From: Candidatus Latescibacterota bacterium
GTDB lineage: Bacteria; Latescibacterota; UBA2968; UBA8231
Assembly: GCA_965217585.1 (NCBI GenBank)
Contig: OZ244561.1
Span: 6,816,001-6,880,000, forward strand
Direction of reading: 5' to 3'
Length of the DNA: 64,000 bases
In this document: positions 29,701-38,204 of the stretch, piece after piece
Layout of the letters: each line of letters starts with the position of its first letter
How positions within the stretch are numbered: the stretch's first letter is position 1
Program-made: the position numbers and the translations under genes
Notes under the pieces: model-generated
Database searches by the model: none
What the model was told of the DNA's origin: nothing
Seen by the model: the letters and a program-made list of their open reading frames with translations, nothing else

Positions 29701-29872
29701 GCCCAAACGTATCAAACCGGGCGCTGTCGAACCGGCTGACGCCGCCGTCGGCCGTGGCAATCCAGAGAAAGCCCTGGCGATCTTGGTAGATGTCCTCCAC
29801 GTGCATCCCAGCCAGCCCATCAAAAACCGTGTACTGGCTGCTCAACACATGCTCAAAGGAGATGTCGCTCAT
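26759..29872 (-). CDS. Second propeller-Y_Y_Y sigma54 enhancer-binding protein
   Basis: Paralog of 17966; GAFTGA and HTH intact. Confidence 0.93.
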   Translation of the reverse strand: MSDISFEHVLSSQYTVFDGLAGMHVEDIYQDRQGFLWIATADGGVSRFDSARFDTFGLKDGLPNLTVMAIAEEADGRLLFGTFGGGIAAYDGRGFQVYTTEHGLPSNEIVGLQAQPDGSILALTGAGVAWFAEGRCMKCITDVGGQRLGRVYDMVTDAAGTTWLATWDQGVLSLDGRRMGVSDRAIQDPWKFAQDPSGHLWTAFHYTGSEALIGRYNPHNEQFALINVGNRAERAAQNGTRHIRVDGRGWLWLTHRGVICYDGQEWYHLSASLPDIDFSDTRLSYEDREGNIWIGLWGGGLIFCDLASIRRYTEADGLPDHEIRRLGEDHEGRMWIGTMGGMACMEEGQILPVGTREVVSAMVVDGQGQVWSGGDTGQVYRWEGQTPQAISVAEEAHFGEVSGLCEDGQGRIWVGIFRGCFGFGWIEENCFTPFDEWLIDECHALLQDQNGVFWVGFYGRVPALYCYENGRFHPADMAEAESIAYVNVLWEHQNTLWVGTAKGLFALDLSSREVRHFTAEQFGLSANGILALTSDPQGNIWIGTSGGGILRYDGETFQSIRLGPSALENKVEAVLCDRRGRMWFGTRAGLVAYQPGHTPPRLVIREVMAGTRLAAPEAVSCPESTPEIRIHFQGISFRTGARQMRYSHRLLGHDPTEQWSSFTVADAVAYSALPVGEYRFEVRTMDRDGLLSEVSCLEVHVLPDAKTERIHALENALRATDHVVHSESWAMRQVLEQTVRVAETAMTVLVLGETGTGKGLLAQTIHETSTRRKRPFIRVNCGALPAGLVESELFGHEKGAFTGAAGRQLGRFELADGGTLFLDEIGDLPLESQRVLLHILEENALTRVGGEHSVSVDVRVIAATNRDLRQAIEEGTFREDLFYRLSVFTLELPPLRQRQEDIPALAAHFAERYAQHLRRPVPTIDEGVIGHLQAYAWPGNVRELEHLINRAVLLCEDGVIRVGDLLLPSVGRRAGAGVAPAVVVGAGLDEKQQLVEALQATNWMIYGERGAAHLLGMNPEKLRYRMRKYGLRRPKKS

Positions 29873-29946
29873 ACGCGTCCTTCCGACGATTGGGAGGTCC
29901 CGGCCTTTAACACATGACCTACCCTAAGATACAACCGCCAATAAAA

Positions 29947-29973
29947 AATCCTTTAGGAGGACCCTAAAGGATT
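29947..29973 (-). terminator. 11-bp inverted repeat plus T-run, copy 3 (no sigma54 motif downstream)
   Basis: AATCCTTTAGG-aggac-CCTAAAGGATT. Confidence 0.55.
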
Positions 29974-30047
29974 GAAAAACATAACACTCAAAATATGAGA
30001 TGATTCTTTTTACGATGCGCAGCTTCAGCCGCCAGCGCAAGGCTTGC

Positions 30048-30061
30048 CACGACTTTCCGTG
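30048..30061. promoter_or_regulatory. Single enhancer-like palindrome upstream of bEBP 2
   Basis: CACGACTTTCCGTG, identical to the sites at 17944 and 38183. Confidence 0.5.
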
Positions 30062-30123
30062 TTGGCCGCCTACGACTTTTTCGGGGCTTGTGGACCGACA
30101 AGGCAGGATTGGTGCGGAAGGGC

Positions 30124-30160
30124 GCGTAGGGACGGCTTGCGCTCCGCACCGCCCCTACGC
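30124..30160. repeat. GTAG-type REP-like hairpin
   Basis: GCGTAGGGACGG-N13-CCGCCCCTACGC. Confidence 0.6.
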
Positions 30161-30171
30161 ACGAGACACGA

Positions 30172-31155
30172 TTAACGGGCACCCGTTGAAAGCAGCGCTT
30201 TGATCCGTCCCCACGACTGGGACTCGACGCTCGTAGCAGTAGCTGAAGGGGAAACCGATTGCCAAACGGGATACTCTCCGCCCAAACCGTTGGTCAGATT
30301 GACCAAGTTGCTCCCGTCTATATCAACAGCCCAAATCTCCCCAGTGCCGGGGTAAAAGGAGAGAGAAGTGCCAGAACTGTTGAAAATGGTGTATGAAGTG
30401 AAAGCTACCTTCATGCTGTTGGGTGCCCAAGTAAGGGGAAAACCAGTAGAGGCCCAAGAATCGCCGACATCCCGATAAAAGAGATCGACGGGTTGGCCAG
30501 ACAGGAAAATGGCCGGGACCCTGTCTTCACCGATCACAGGGGGTTCTTCACTGATCATAATGAAGAGGGGTTGGCCATCTTCGTCACCAGCTTGACCATC
30601 TTCGTCACCATGTAGAAAGCCGACGTATGCTCGTTTGGTTCCGTCTGGAGAAAGATGGCGGTGGTCCCAGAAGCGGCGGAGTATCAAAGCCGCCTCCCTC
30701 CATTCCATACCTCTCCATTCCACAAGTGAGGATCCGCTGCCGTCCGGTGCCACGGCAAACATCTCAGAGCGATCCCACACAAAGTAGTAAATGCTTTGGC
30801 CGTCTTCAGACCAAAACAGGTCATCTGCGCTGTTAGGGCCTATTTTTTCAATATGGTCTGTTAGCTGCTTTCGATTGCGACCGTCGGCGTCTAGCACCCA
30901 GATATCCCTACCGGAATAATCGGCACCAACGTCGAGATAGGCTATCTTCGTGCCATCCGGGGACCAAACCGGGCTAGCGCAATGCTGTCCTTGGGTTAGG
31001 TTCACGGGGTCGCTCCCATCCGCATTCATAATCCACACGTCATTGTACCCCTCGCGATAGGAGAGAAATGCTATTTTACCATCGGCTTGCCCCCAGCCTG
31101 CAGCGGCCAACCCCAGCGTTGCCAAGCAGACGATCAGTAGGGATCGATAGTTCAT
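30172..31155 (-). CDS. Secreted PD40 propeller protein with SWGRIK tag
   Basis: Close paralog of 21388. Confidence 0.85.
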   Translation of the reverse strand: MNYRSLLIVCLATLGLAAAGWGQADGKIAFLSYREGYNDVWIMNADGSDPVNLTQGQHCASPVWSPDGTKIAYLDVGADYSGRDIWVLDADGRNRKQLTDHIEKIGPNSADDLFWSEDGQSIYYFVWDRSEMFAVAPDGSGSSLVEWRGMEWREAALILRRFWDHRHLSPDGTKRAYVGFLHGDEDGQAGDEDGQPLFIMISEEPPVIGEDRVPAIFLSGQPVDLFYRDVGDSWASTGFPLTWAPNSMKVAFTSYTIFNSSGTSLSFYPGTGEIWAVDIDGSNLVNLTNGLGGEYPVWQSVSPSATATSVESQSWGRIKALLSTGAR

Positions 31156-31288
31156 AACGTGGCTCCTTTCAGAAGGTTAGGAATGGGATAAAGCGTTGTA
31201 ATAACGCACTGTACAAAACAGACGAAATCGCGACCCACCTACAGCAATTTGATATCGCTCTTTTCCTTCTTTTTTACGGTCGGATCGG

Positions 31289-32875
31289 CTATTCGAGCTT
31301 GACCATTTTTCGGGTGCGTAGCTGCTCGCCCACGCGTAGCTGATACAAATAGGCTCCAGAAGCGACGGGTCGGCCCTGCCCGTCTCGGCCATCCCAAGTC
31401 AGCCGGTGTTCGCCCGCCGCCAACGGCCCCGACCACACTTGGCGCACAAGCTGTCCCAAGAGGTTGTAGATGGCTACATCCACAGCCTCGGCACCGTCAG
31501 GCACCGATAGGGGGATGGTCGTGGCCGGATTAAACGGATTGGGATAGTTCGCACCCAAGACAAAGTCCGACGGCGTAGCCTGCTCAATGGCGACGGCTGT
31601 GGGCGGACTGCTCTGGTTGATAAAGACGAAAGCCCCACCAGGACCGCCTTCCACATTCTGCCCCAACACGACCAGCTCGGCGGCCCCATCGCCGTTGAGG
31701 TCACCGGCGAGCACCTCGCTGCCTGTGCCCGGCAGCCGGTAGCGGCCTTCGAGGACGGGCACGCCATCGCGCTGGCCGATCAAGACGACCAAGGCCGGAC
31801 CCGTTTCCAAGTTGCCATCGACCAAGGCCACGTCCGGCAGACCATCGCCGTTGAGGTCGCTGACAAGAGGGCGACCTTGCACGTGTACCTGCGAGCCGAG
31901 CAGCGTGTGGCGTGCCACCGCGCCCGAGGGGTCCAGACGCCACAACGCCAAGCCGTGGTAGGTGTGTGCGGTTAGCTCGGTGATCCCAACTAAATCCACC
32001 TGTCCATCGCGACCGACCTGTAGCAGGGTGGAGTAACAGGGGTTGACCATGAACTCAAAAAAAAGCGGCGGCTCCGCGCTGACCGCCCACGGCTGGGTTA
32101 GCCAAACCCCCATCGGTCCAGCCTCTTCGAACTCCCAGCACGATCGGATCCATAACAGGCGCACGGCCCCTCTCGCTCCCAATGATTGCTCGGCGGACCA
32201 AAGCCTAGGCCAGAGCCTGTCCTCGCTGTCAAGGGTGAACCGATCGCTGCGGACAAACTCTGCGTCGCCGTCGTTGAACCACACGGTCGCTTGGGATGTC
32301 CCCTCGTGGTTTTCCAATGACTCGTCGTCATACTCCATGACCAACAGGTCCACATCGCCGTCGCCTTCACCATCGGCTAGGCCAACGAAACCGGTATTGG
32401 GCAGTTGCAGGATGGTGGCAAAGCCGTCCTCGCCCCGGTTGTGCCACAGTTCGAGGTTCAATCCCTCCTCAAAGGCTAGATCCAAGAGTCCATCCCCGTC
32501 GAAGTCGTCCCCCCAGATACTAATGATGGGCGCGCTTCCTTCTCCTGCTTCTCTTTTTCCGTGCATGACGTCGTGGGTGGGGACCAAGCCACCCAGGCCG
32601 TCGTTGGACGCCACGGTCCAGCCCCAGTGTGGAAAATGTTCTCCCGAGGCTCCGTCGTCTGCATATACGTGTGGCGACCAACGATTCCAAACTGTCACGA
32701 GATCCAAATCCCCATCGCCATCTACATCGCCCAAAGCGCCGGTATCATCATGGAACCCCATGCCGATGCCCGGGCCAAGGGTAAAAAAGTCGGGTTCTAC
32801 AAACAACGCGCCGGGCGAGGCAAAAGCCCCGTATGGAGCCGCCAACAGCAAAATAGCTACGATAAAGCGGTGCAT
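31289..32875 (-). CDS. Divergent secreted FG-GAP protein with FlgD/T9SS-like CTD
   Basis: Signal peptide; GDVDGDGDLD repeats; ANYPNPFNP...WDGRD...RKMVKLE; lacks the N-terminal jelly-roll-like domain. Confidence 0.85.
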   Translation of the reverse strand: MHRFIVAILLLAAPYGAFASPGALFVEPDFFTLGPGIGMGFHDDTGALGDVDGDGDLDLVTVWNRWSPHVYADDGASGEHFPHWGWTVASNDGLGGLVPTHDVMHGKREAGEGSAPIISIWGDDFDGDGLLDLAFEEGLNLELWHNRGEDGFATILQLPNTGFVGLADGEGDGDVDLLVMEYDDESLENHEGTSQATVWFNDGDAEFVRSDRFTLDSEDRLWPRLWSAEQSLGARGAVRLLWIRSCWEFEEAGPMGVWLTQPWAVSAEPPLFFEFMVNPCYSTLLQVGRDGQVDLVGITELTAHTYHGLALWRLDPSGAVARHTLLGSQVHVQGRPLVSDLNGDGLPDVALVDGNLETGPALVVLIGQRDGVPVLEGRYRLPGTGSEVLAGDLNGDGAAELVVLGQNVEGGPGGAFVFINQSSPPTAVAIEQATPSDFVLGANYPNPFNPATTIPLSVPDGAEAVDVAIYNLLGQLVRQVWSGPLAAGEHRLTWDGRDGQGRPVASGAYLYQLRVGEQLRTRKMVKLE

Positions 32876-32918
32876 AGTTACCTCCTAAGTCGAAGGGTGG
32901 GGTTGGTGCAGAAGGGCA

Positions 32919-32953
32919 CGTAGGGACGGCTTGCGCTCCGCACCGCCCCTACG
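32919..32953. repeat. GTAG-type REP-like hairpin
   Basis: Core identical to the copy at 30124. Confidence 0.6.
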
Positions 32954-32965
32954 CACGAGGTGCGA

Positions 32966-33853
32966 CTAACGAGTACCTGTTGAAAGCAGCGATTTGATCC
33001 GTCCCCACGACTGGGACTCGACGCTCGTAGCAGTAGCTGAAGGGGAAACCGATTGCCAAACGGGATTGCGTCCACCTAAGCCATTGGTCAATTCGACCAA
33101 GTTGCCCCCGTCTAGATCAACGGCCCAAATGAGCGGAGGGTGAGTGAGAGAAGCGAAGGCCATTCTCATGCCATCGGGTGCCCAAGTAGGGCGAGTTCTC
33201 CATGTGGCGTCGGACACGGTCGCGTTCCGGGGTAAGCTAGGCAGGGGAATAACCGAGTGCTCATCTTCACCAGCATCGCTGATGTAGAGGCGGGCGGGTT
33301 TCCCTGCGTCCCCTTTGTCGCGTAGCACGATGAAAGCTTCTTTGGTCCCGTCCGGGGAAAGGCTAGAGCGGCGGAAGTGGGGTGCCTCTCTCCAGTCCAC
33401 GGACAAGGAGCCACTACCGTCCAGCACCATAACGAACGTATCAGGACCGTCCCTCCGATTGTCCGTATCCGGCGGGGTATAGACGGTATAGTAAATGCTA
33501 CGCCCGTCTGCAGACCACGAAAGCAATAGTCCATCGACGGAATCGTCTGTTAGCTGCTGTGGATTGCCGCCGTCGGCATCCATCACCCAAATCTCCCCAC
33601 CGTACCGATCATCGTCAAAAACGTCGCCGATATAGGCGATTTTCGTGCCGTCTGGAGACCAAGCCGGGCTAGCGCAATCCCGCCCTTTGGTCAGATTTAC
33701 GGGGTCGCTCCCATCCGCATTCATGATCCACACGTCAAAGCGGTGCCCCTCGCGGTCGGAGATAAATGCTATCTTACCATCTGCTTGCCCCCACCCAGCG
33801 ACGGCCAATCCCAGCGTTGCCAAGCAGACGATCAGTAGGGATCGATAGTTCAT
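32966..33853 (-). CDS. Secreted PD40 propeller protein with SWGRIK tag
   Basis: Shared leader MNYRSLLIVCLATLG; PD40 repeats. Confidence 0.85.
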   Translation of the reverse strand: MNYRSLLIVCLATLGLAVAGWGQADGKIAFISDREGHRFDVWIMNADGSDPVNLTKGRDCASPAWSPDGTKIAYIGDVFDDDRYGGEIWVMDADGGNPQQLTDDSVDGLLLSWSADGRSIYYTVYTPPDTDNRRDGPDTFVMVLDGSGSLSVDWREAPHFRRSSLSPDGTKEAFIVLRDKGDAGKPARLYISDAGEDEHSVIPLPSLPRNATVSDATWRTRPTWAPDGMRMAFASLTHPPLIWAVDLDGGNLVELTNGLGGRNPVWQSVSPSATATSVESQSWGRIKSLLSTGTR

Positions 33854-33898
33854 AACGTGGCTCCTTTCAGAAGGATGAATGAGAAGGTTAGATGTATG

Positions 33899-34915
33899 TC
33901 ATGGGGCTGAAAGCAGCGATTTGACCCGTCCCCACGAGGTCTCGGCCACAGCCGTCGGCTCCCCATCGGTATAAGACGCGATGTCCATCACGTAAATCCC
34001 CCAGTCGCCGTCGCGGTTGGATTCAAAGGCGATGTACCGACCATCGGGAGACCAAGACGGAGACCTGTAGTTGGCCGAGTGGTCTATCAGGCGGCGGGGA
34101 TTGCTCCCATCCGATCCCATCACGTAAATCTCGGCCCTGTCGTAGCGCTCGGACTCAAAGGCGATGTACCGACCATCGGGAGACCAAGACGGAGCCCTAT
34201 CGTCGGCCGAGTGGTCCGTCAGGCGGCGGGGATTGCTCCCATCCGATCCCATCACGTAAATCCCAGCCCTGCCGCCGTGCTCGGACACGAAGGCGATGTG
34301 CCGACCATCCGGAGACCAAGACGGAGACTCGACCTGCTCCGGGTGGTCGGTCAGGCGGCGGGAGTTGCTCCCATCCGATCCTATCGCGTAAATCTCAGCC
34401 TTGCCGTAGCTACCGCGCCGGGACACGAAGGCGATGTGTCGGCCATCCGGAGACCAAGACGGAGACCAGTCCCAATGCGAGTCGTTGGTCAGGTTGCGGC
34501 GGTCGCTCCCATCCGAGCCTATCACGTAAATATCGCTGACGCCGCGCTCGGACACGAAGGCGATGTGCTGGCCATCGGGAGACCAAGTGGGAAGCGCGGC
34601 CCAAGCTGGGTGGTCGGTCAGGCGGCGGAAGTTGCTCCCATCCGAACCTATTACGTAAATCTTAGCCCTGCCGTCGCGCTCAAACCCGAAGGCAATGTGC
34701 TGACCATCGGGAGACCAAGTGGGAGAACTGTAGCTGGACGAGTAGTCAGTCAGGCGGCGTATGGCCCCGACGACCCAAGCCCCCTCACCACTGCTCGTCA
34801 CCGCTTGTTCAATCCCCGCCGACAGTTCAACATCCTCAGCGTCGGCTTGCCCCCAGCCAGCGACGGCCAGCCCCAAGGTTGCCAAGCAGACGATCAATAG
34901 AAATCGATAGTTCAT
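33899..34915 (-). CDS. Secreted TolB-like protein with six regular PD40 repeats and SWGRVK tag
   Basis: P(S/T)WSPDGxHIAF repeats of about 43 aa. Confidence 0.88.
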   Translation of the reverse strand: MNYRFLLIVCLATLGLAVAGWGQADAEDVELSAGIEQAVTSSGEGAWVVGAIRRLTDYSSSYSSPTWSPDGQHIAFGFERDGRAKIYVIGSDGSNFRRLTDHPAWAALPTWSPDGQHIAFVSERGVSDIYVIGSDGSDRRNLTNDSHWDWSPSWSPDGRHIAFVSRRGSYGKAEIYAIGSDGSNSRRLTDHPEQVESPSWSPDGRHIAFVSEHGGRAGIYVMGSDGSNPRRLTDHSADDRAPSWSPDGRYIAFESERYDRAEIYVMGSDGSNPRRLIDHSANYRSPSWSPDGRYIAFESNRDGDWGIYVMDIASYTDGEPTAVAETSWGRVKSLLSAP

Positions 34916-34950
34916 AATGCATCTCCTTTCAGAAGGTTAGACTTCATCCC

Positions 34951-35847
34951 TTATGGCAGCTTGGTCGTTTTTTTCGCTTCCACCTGTCCGTCCACCTCGA
35001 CCTTATAGATATACACTCCGGCCGCCACGGCCTTGCCCTGCTCGTCGCGGCCATCCCACACAAACCGATGGCTACCCGCCCCAAGCGGCCCGTGCCACAA
35101 CTGCCGCACCCGATGACCCAACACGTTGTAGAGTGCCAAGTGGACCCGTTCCTCGTCGGTGGCCAGATCGAGGGGAATGACTATCGCGGGATTGAACGGA
35201 TTGGGATAGGCAGTGCCGAGTCGATGCTGCACTGGTTGGCCCGCTGACGGTGTCAGCACGGCGGTCGGCATCGCCTGCTTGACCTCCGAACAGAGGGTGG
35301 AGGAGCAGAGACAACTTCGCCACCACATGTCGTCGTTGAAGTGGTACGTAGTGCAGTGCCGGTACGGCTCGGTCGAGTTAAACTCTGCGCACTCGTCGGA
35401 GTACCAGCAACCAGTATCTTGACTGGTCGCGGCCGTCAGCACCCACTCTGGCACGGCCTCCGAACAGGGCGTGGACGAGTACCAACAGTTTTTTATGTAG
35501 AAGGAGCAGTCCGCGTCCAAGGCATAGATGCAGTAGAGGTATTTCGCCTCCGGCTCCACTGGATCTGTATCTGCCCGCGCGCAAATTGGATGCTCGGAGT
35601 TGGCGCTACAGTCGAAACACTGAATCCAAGTGTTCGGGCACGGTATGCAAGTAGGCGTCGGCGTCGGGCACAACCTGTTGGCTTCGGCTTTATTGATCCC
35701 AATCAGGCAAGTAGGCGTCAAGCACACCGGGTCGGCTTCGGCTTTGTTGATCTCGATCAGGACCGCAAGCCCCGCGAGGACACTCAGCCCCAGCCGAATC
35801 GGAGCCAAGCCGCTGGACGAGCCGATAAATTCACGCAGCCTGTTCAT
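34951..35847 (-). CDS. Secreted cysteine-rich protein with FlgD/T9SS-like CTD
   Basis: Hydrophobic leader; many Cys; SSTPCSE repeats; KKTTKLP tail. Confidence 0.8.
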   Translation of the reverse strand: MNRLREFIGSSSGLAPIRLGLSVLAGLAVLIEINKAEADPVCLTPTCLIGINKAEANRLCPTPTPTCIPCPNTWIQCFDCSANSEHPICARADTDPVEPEAKYLYCIYALDADCSFYIKNCWYSSTPCSEAVPEWVLTAATSQDTGCWYSDECAEFNSTEPYRHCTTYHFNDDMWWRSCLCSSTLCSEVKQAMPTAVLTPSAGQPVQHRLGTAYPNPFNPAIVIPLDLATDEERVHLALYNVLGHRVRQLWHGPLGAGSHRFVWDGRDEQGKAVAAGVYIYKVEVDGQVEAKKTTKLP

Positions 35848-35859
35848 CGCTTCGTCTCC

Positions 35860-36909
35860 TTAGTTGCCGGTACGGTCTCGCAAATGCCTCTTGATCTGCC
35901 CCCACGAGGTCTCCGCCGTAGCCGTCGGCTTCCCGTCGACATAAGACGCTATGTCCCAGAAACGCACCAAGTAGGATTGACCCGTGGCGCTGGCCAACGT
36001 GCGACCATCCGGTGAATACGCCACGAAGTCCGCACGCCCTTCGAGCGTATTGAGGAGTTCGCCTGTCGCCGCATCCCAAAGATGGATCGTGTGGTCATTA
36101 GTACTGACCAACATGCCTCCATCCGGTGAATACGCCAAACCATCACCACATTTACCGAAATGACCTAGCCCTTCGAGCGTATTGAGGAGTTCACCCGTCG
36201 TCGCATCCCAAAGACGTATCGTTCGATCTCGACTCCCACTGACCAGCCTGCGCCCATTCGGCGAGTATGAAACACTCACGACACCATGCGTGTGCCCTCT
36301 AAGCGTGTTGAGGAGTTCACCCGTCTTTACGTCCCAAAGACGAACCGTTTCGTCGGAACTCCCACTGACCAGCCTACTCCCATCCGGCGAGTATGAAACA
36401 CTCAGGACACTCTCTTTATGCCCTGTAAGCGTATTGAGAAGTTCACCTGTTGTCGTGTCCCAAAGACGTATCGTTTTGTCGAGACTCCCACTAGCCACTG
36501 CGTCCCCTCCCGGCGAATACGATACGCTAAAGACGTTATCCCTATGCCCTCTAAGCGTGTTGAGAAGTTCACCCGTCTTTGAGTCCCAAAGACGAACCGT
36601 TTCGTCGAAACTCCCACTGACCAGCCTGCTCCCATCCGGTGAATACGCCACATCCCAGACCAAATACGTATGCCCTGTAAGTGTGTTGAGGAGTTTACCC
36701 GTCGCCACATCCCAAAGACGAACCCTTTCGTCGAAATTCCCAGTGGCTACTACGTCCCCGTCTGGTGAATACGCCACACTAGTAACCCAGCTTGGTAGCC
36801 CTTTGGAATAGCTGCTACCCCCTTGGGAATAGCTGCTACCCGGCAGGCCAAAAGCTATCAAGCAGGCGATTAACACGAGACGGGTTTGATGTACAACTCG
36901 CGTTTTCAT
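35860..36909 (-). CDS. Secreted WD40 repeat protein with SWGQIK tag
   Basis: 42-aa GH...YSPDG...WD repeats; start MKTRVV. Confidence 0.9.
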   Translation of the reverse strand: MKTRVVHQTRLVLIACLIAFGLPGSSYSQGGSSYSKGLPSWVTSVAYSPDGDVVATGNFDERVRLWDVATGKLLNTLTGHTYLVWDVAYSPDGSRLVSGSFDETVRLWDSKTGELLNTLRGHRDNVFSVSYSPGGDAVASGSLDKTIRLWDTTTGELLNTLTGHKESVLSVSYSPDGSRLVSGSSDETVRLWDVKTGELLNTLRGHTHGVVSVSYSPNGRRLVSGSRDRTIRLWDATTGELLNTLEGLGHFGKCGDGLAYSPDGGMLVSTNDHTIHLWDAATGELLNTLEGRADFVAYSPDGRTLASATGQSYLVRFWDIASYVDGKPTATAETSWGQIKRHLRDRTGN

Positions 36910-36967
36910 GGGAAATTCCTTTCGGTGAGTTTTGAGGACTCTTCCACACGCCATTTTCAATCATTCC

Positions 36968-37951
36968 TTATGGCAGCTTGGTCGTCTTTTTCGCTTCCAC
37001 CTGTCCGTCCACCTCGACCTTATAGATATACACTCCGGCAGCCACGGCCTTGTCCTGCTCGTCGCGGCCATCCCACACAAACCGATGGCTACCCGCCCCA
37101 AGCGGCCCGTGCCACAACTGCCGCACCCGATGACCCAACACGTTGTAGAGTGCCAAGTGGACCCGTTCCTCGTCCGTCGCCAAATCAAGAGGAATCACCA
37201 TCGCGGGATTGAACGGATTGGGATAGGCATCGCACAGCCGATGCTGCGCCGGCCGCGCTTCCACCAATGTCTGCACGGCGGTCATCTGATCCTGCTCGGC
37301 CTCCGAACAAGAGGTGGAAGAGCACTCGCATTGTCGCCAAAAAATGTTGCCTTCTGCGTTATAGTAATTAGTGCAATATCGGTACGGCTTGGTCGAGTCC
37401 CTCCCCTCGCACCAGCGGTTATCGCACTCAGTCTCTTGATTGAAGCAAGCATTGGTCGGCCCTGTGAACGCGGTCGCGGTCTCCGGCTCGGCCTCTGAAC
37501 AGGGGGTGGAGGAACACTCGCATGCTTCTGTCCCAAAAACGTCGCCGTTTGCTTTGTAGTAGTTGATACAGTATCGGTACGGCTTGGTCGAGTCCCTTCC
37601 TGCGCCGCACCACCGGTTATCGTTATCGCAATCAACCTTTCGGGTCAGCACAGCGGGTGCGATCCCTTGGTCGGCCTCCGAACAGGGAGTGGAGGAGTTC
37701 CAGCAATCCACTGTGTAGAAGTTGCAGTCCGCGTCCAAACCATAGGTGCAATAGCGATACATCCCCTCTGCCGACGCACAATCGGAGCCGGCACTGCACA
37801 CGGTCCAAGTGTACGGGCACTCTGTGTCGGCTGCGGAGCCCCTTGCGCCGAAGAGAATCACAAGCCCCGCGAGGGCACTTACGACCCATCCTTGCCCCTG
37901 TCGTATCCCCAACGTTGCCAAGCAGGCGATCAGTAGAGATCGATAGTTCAT
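36968..37951 (-). CDS. Secreted cysteine-rich repeat protein with FlgD/T9SS-like CTD
   Basis: Three YRYC...C...SSTxCSEA repeats; CTD nearly identical to that of 34951. Confidence 0.8.
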   Translation of the reverse strand: MNYRSLLIACLATLGIRQGQGWVVSALAGLVILFGARGSAADTECPYTWTVCSAGSDCASAEGMYRYCTYGLDADCNFYTVDCWNSSTPCSEADQGIAPAVLTRKVDCDNDNRWCGAGRDSTKPYRYCINYYKANGDVFGTEACECSSTPCSEAEPETATAFTGPTNACFNQETECDNRWCEGRDSTKPYRYCTNYYNAEGNIFWRQCECSSTSCSEAEQDQMTAVQTLVEARPAQHRLCDAYPNPFNPAMVIPLDLATDEERVHLALYNVLGHRVRQLWHGPLGAGSHRFVWDGRDEQDKAVAAGVYIYKVEVDGQVEAKKTTKLP

Positions 37952-38003
37952 AACGTGGCTCGTTTCAGAAGGTTAGGAATGGGGTGCCTACGGAGGAATA
38001 TAT

Positions 38004-38018
38004 GCACATTCCGTGCCA
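38004..38018 (-). promoter_or_regulatory. sigma54 promoter, copy 3
   Basis: TGGCACGGAATGTGC, identical to copy 1. Confidence 0.85.
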
Positions 38019-38039
38019 AAAACACGGCCGCCGACAAAA

Positions 38040-38066
38040 AAGCCTTTAGGAATACCCTAAAGGCTT
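38040..38066 (-). terminator. 11-bp inverted repeat plus T-run, copy 4, with a compensatory base-pair change
   Basis: AAGCCTTTAGG-aatac-CCTAAAGGCTT. Confidence 0.6.
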
Positions 38067-38140
38067 GAAAAACATAACACTTAAAACATGAGACGAGCCT
38101 TTCTACGATGCGCAGTCTCAGCCGTCGGTGCAAGGTTTCC

Positions 38141-38196
38141 CACGTTTTTTCGTGGAATCTTCACGGTATTTCGTGGATTTTCCACGACTTTCCGTG
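38141..38196. promoter_or_regulatory. Three tandem CACG-N6-CGTG palindromes
   Basis: Sites start at 38141, 38162 and 38183 (exact 21-bp period). Confidence 0.7.
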
Positions 38197-38204
38197 TTGG
38201 TCGC

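Noticed and set aside
29881-29946. Fourth sigma54 promoter before bEBP 2
   Set aside because: TGGC is present but there is no GC at the -12 spacing.
21363-32953. Integron attC cassette array
   Set aside because: The hairpins are short, follow only three genes and lack GTTRRRY/RYYYAAC boxes; no integrase.
33899-34915. True tolB of the Tol-Pal system
   Set aside because: It lacks the TolB N-terminal domain and tolQRA/pal neighbours.
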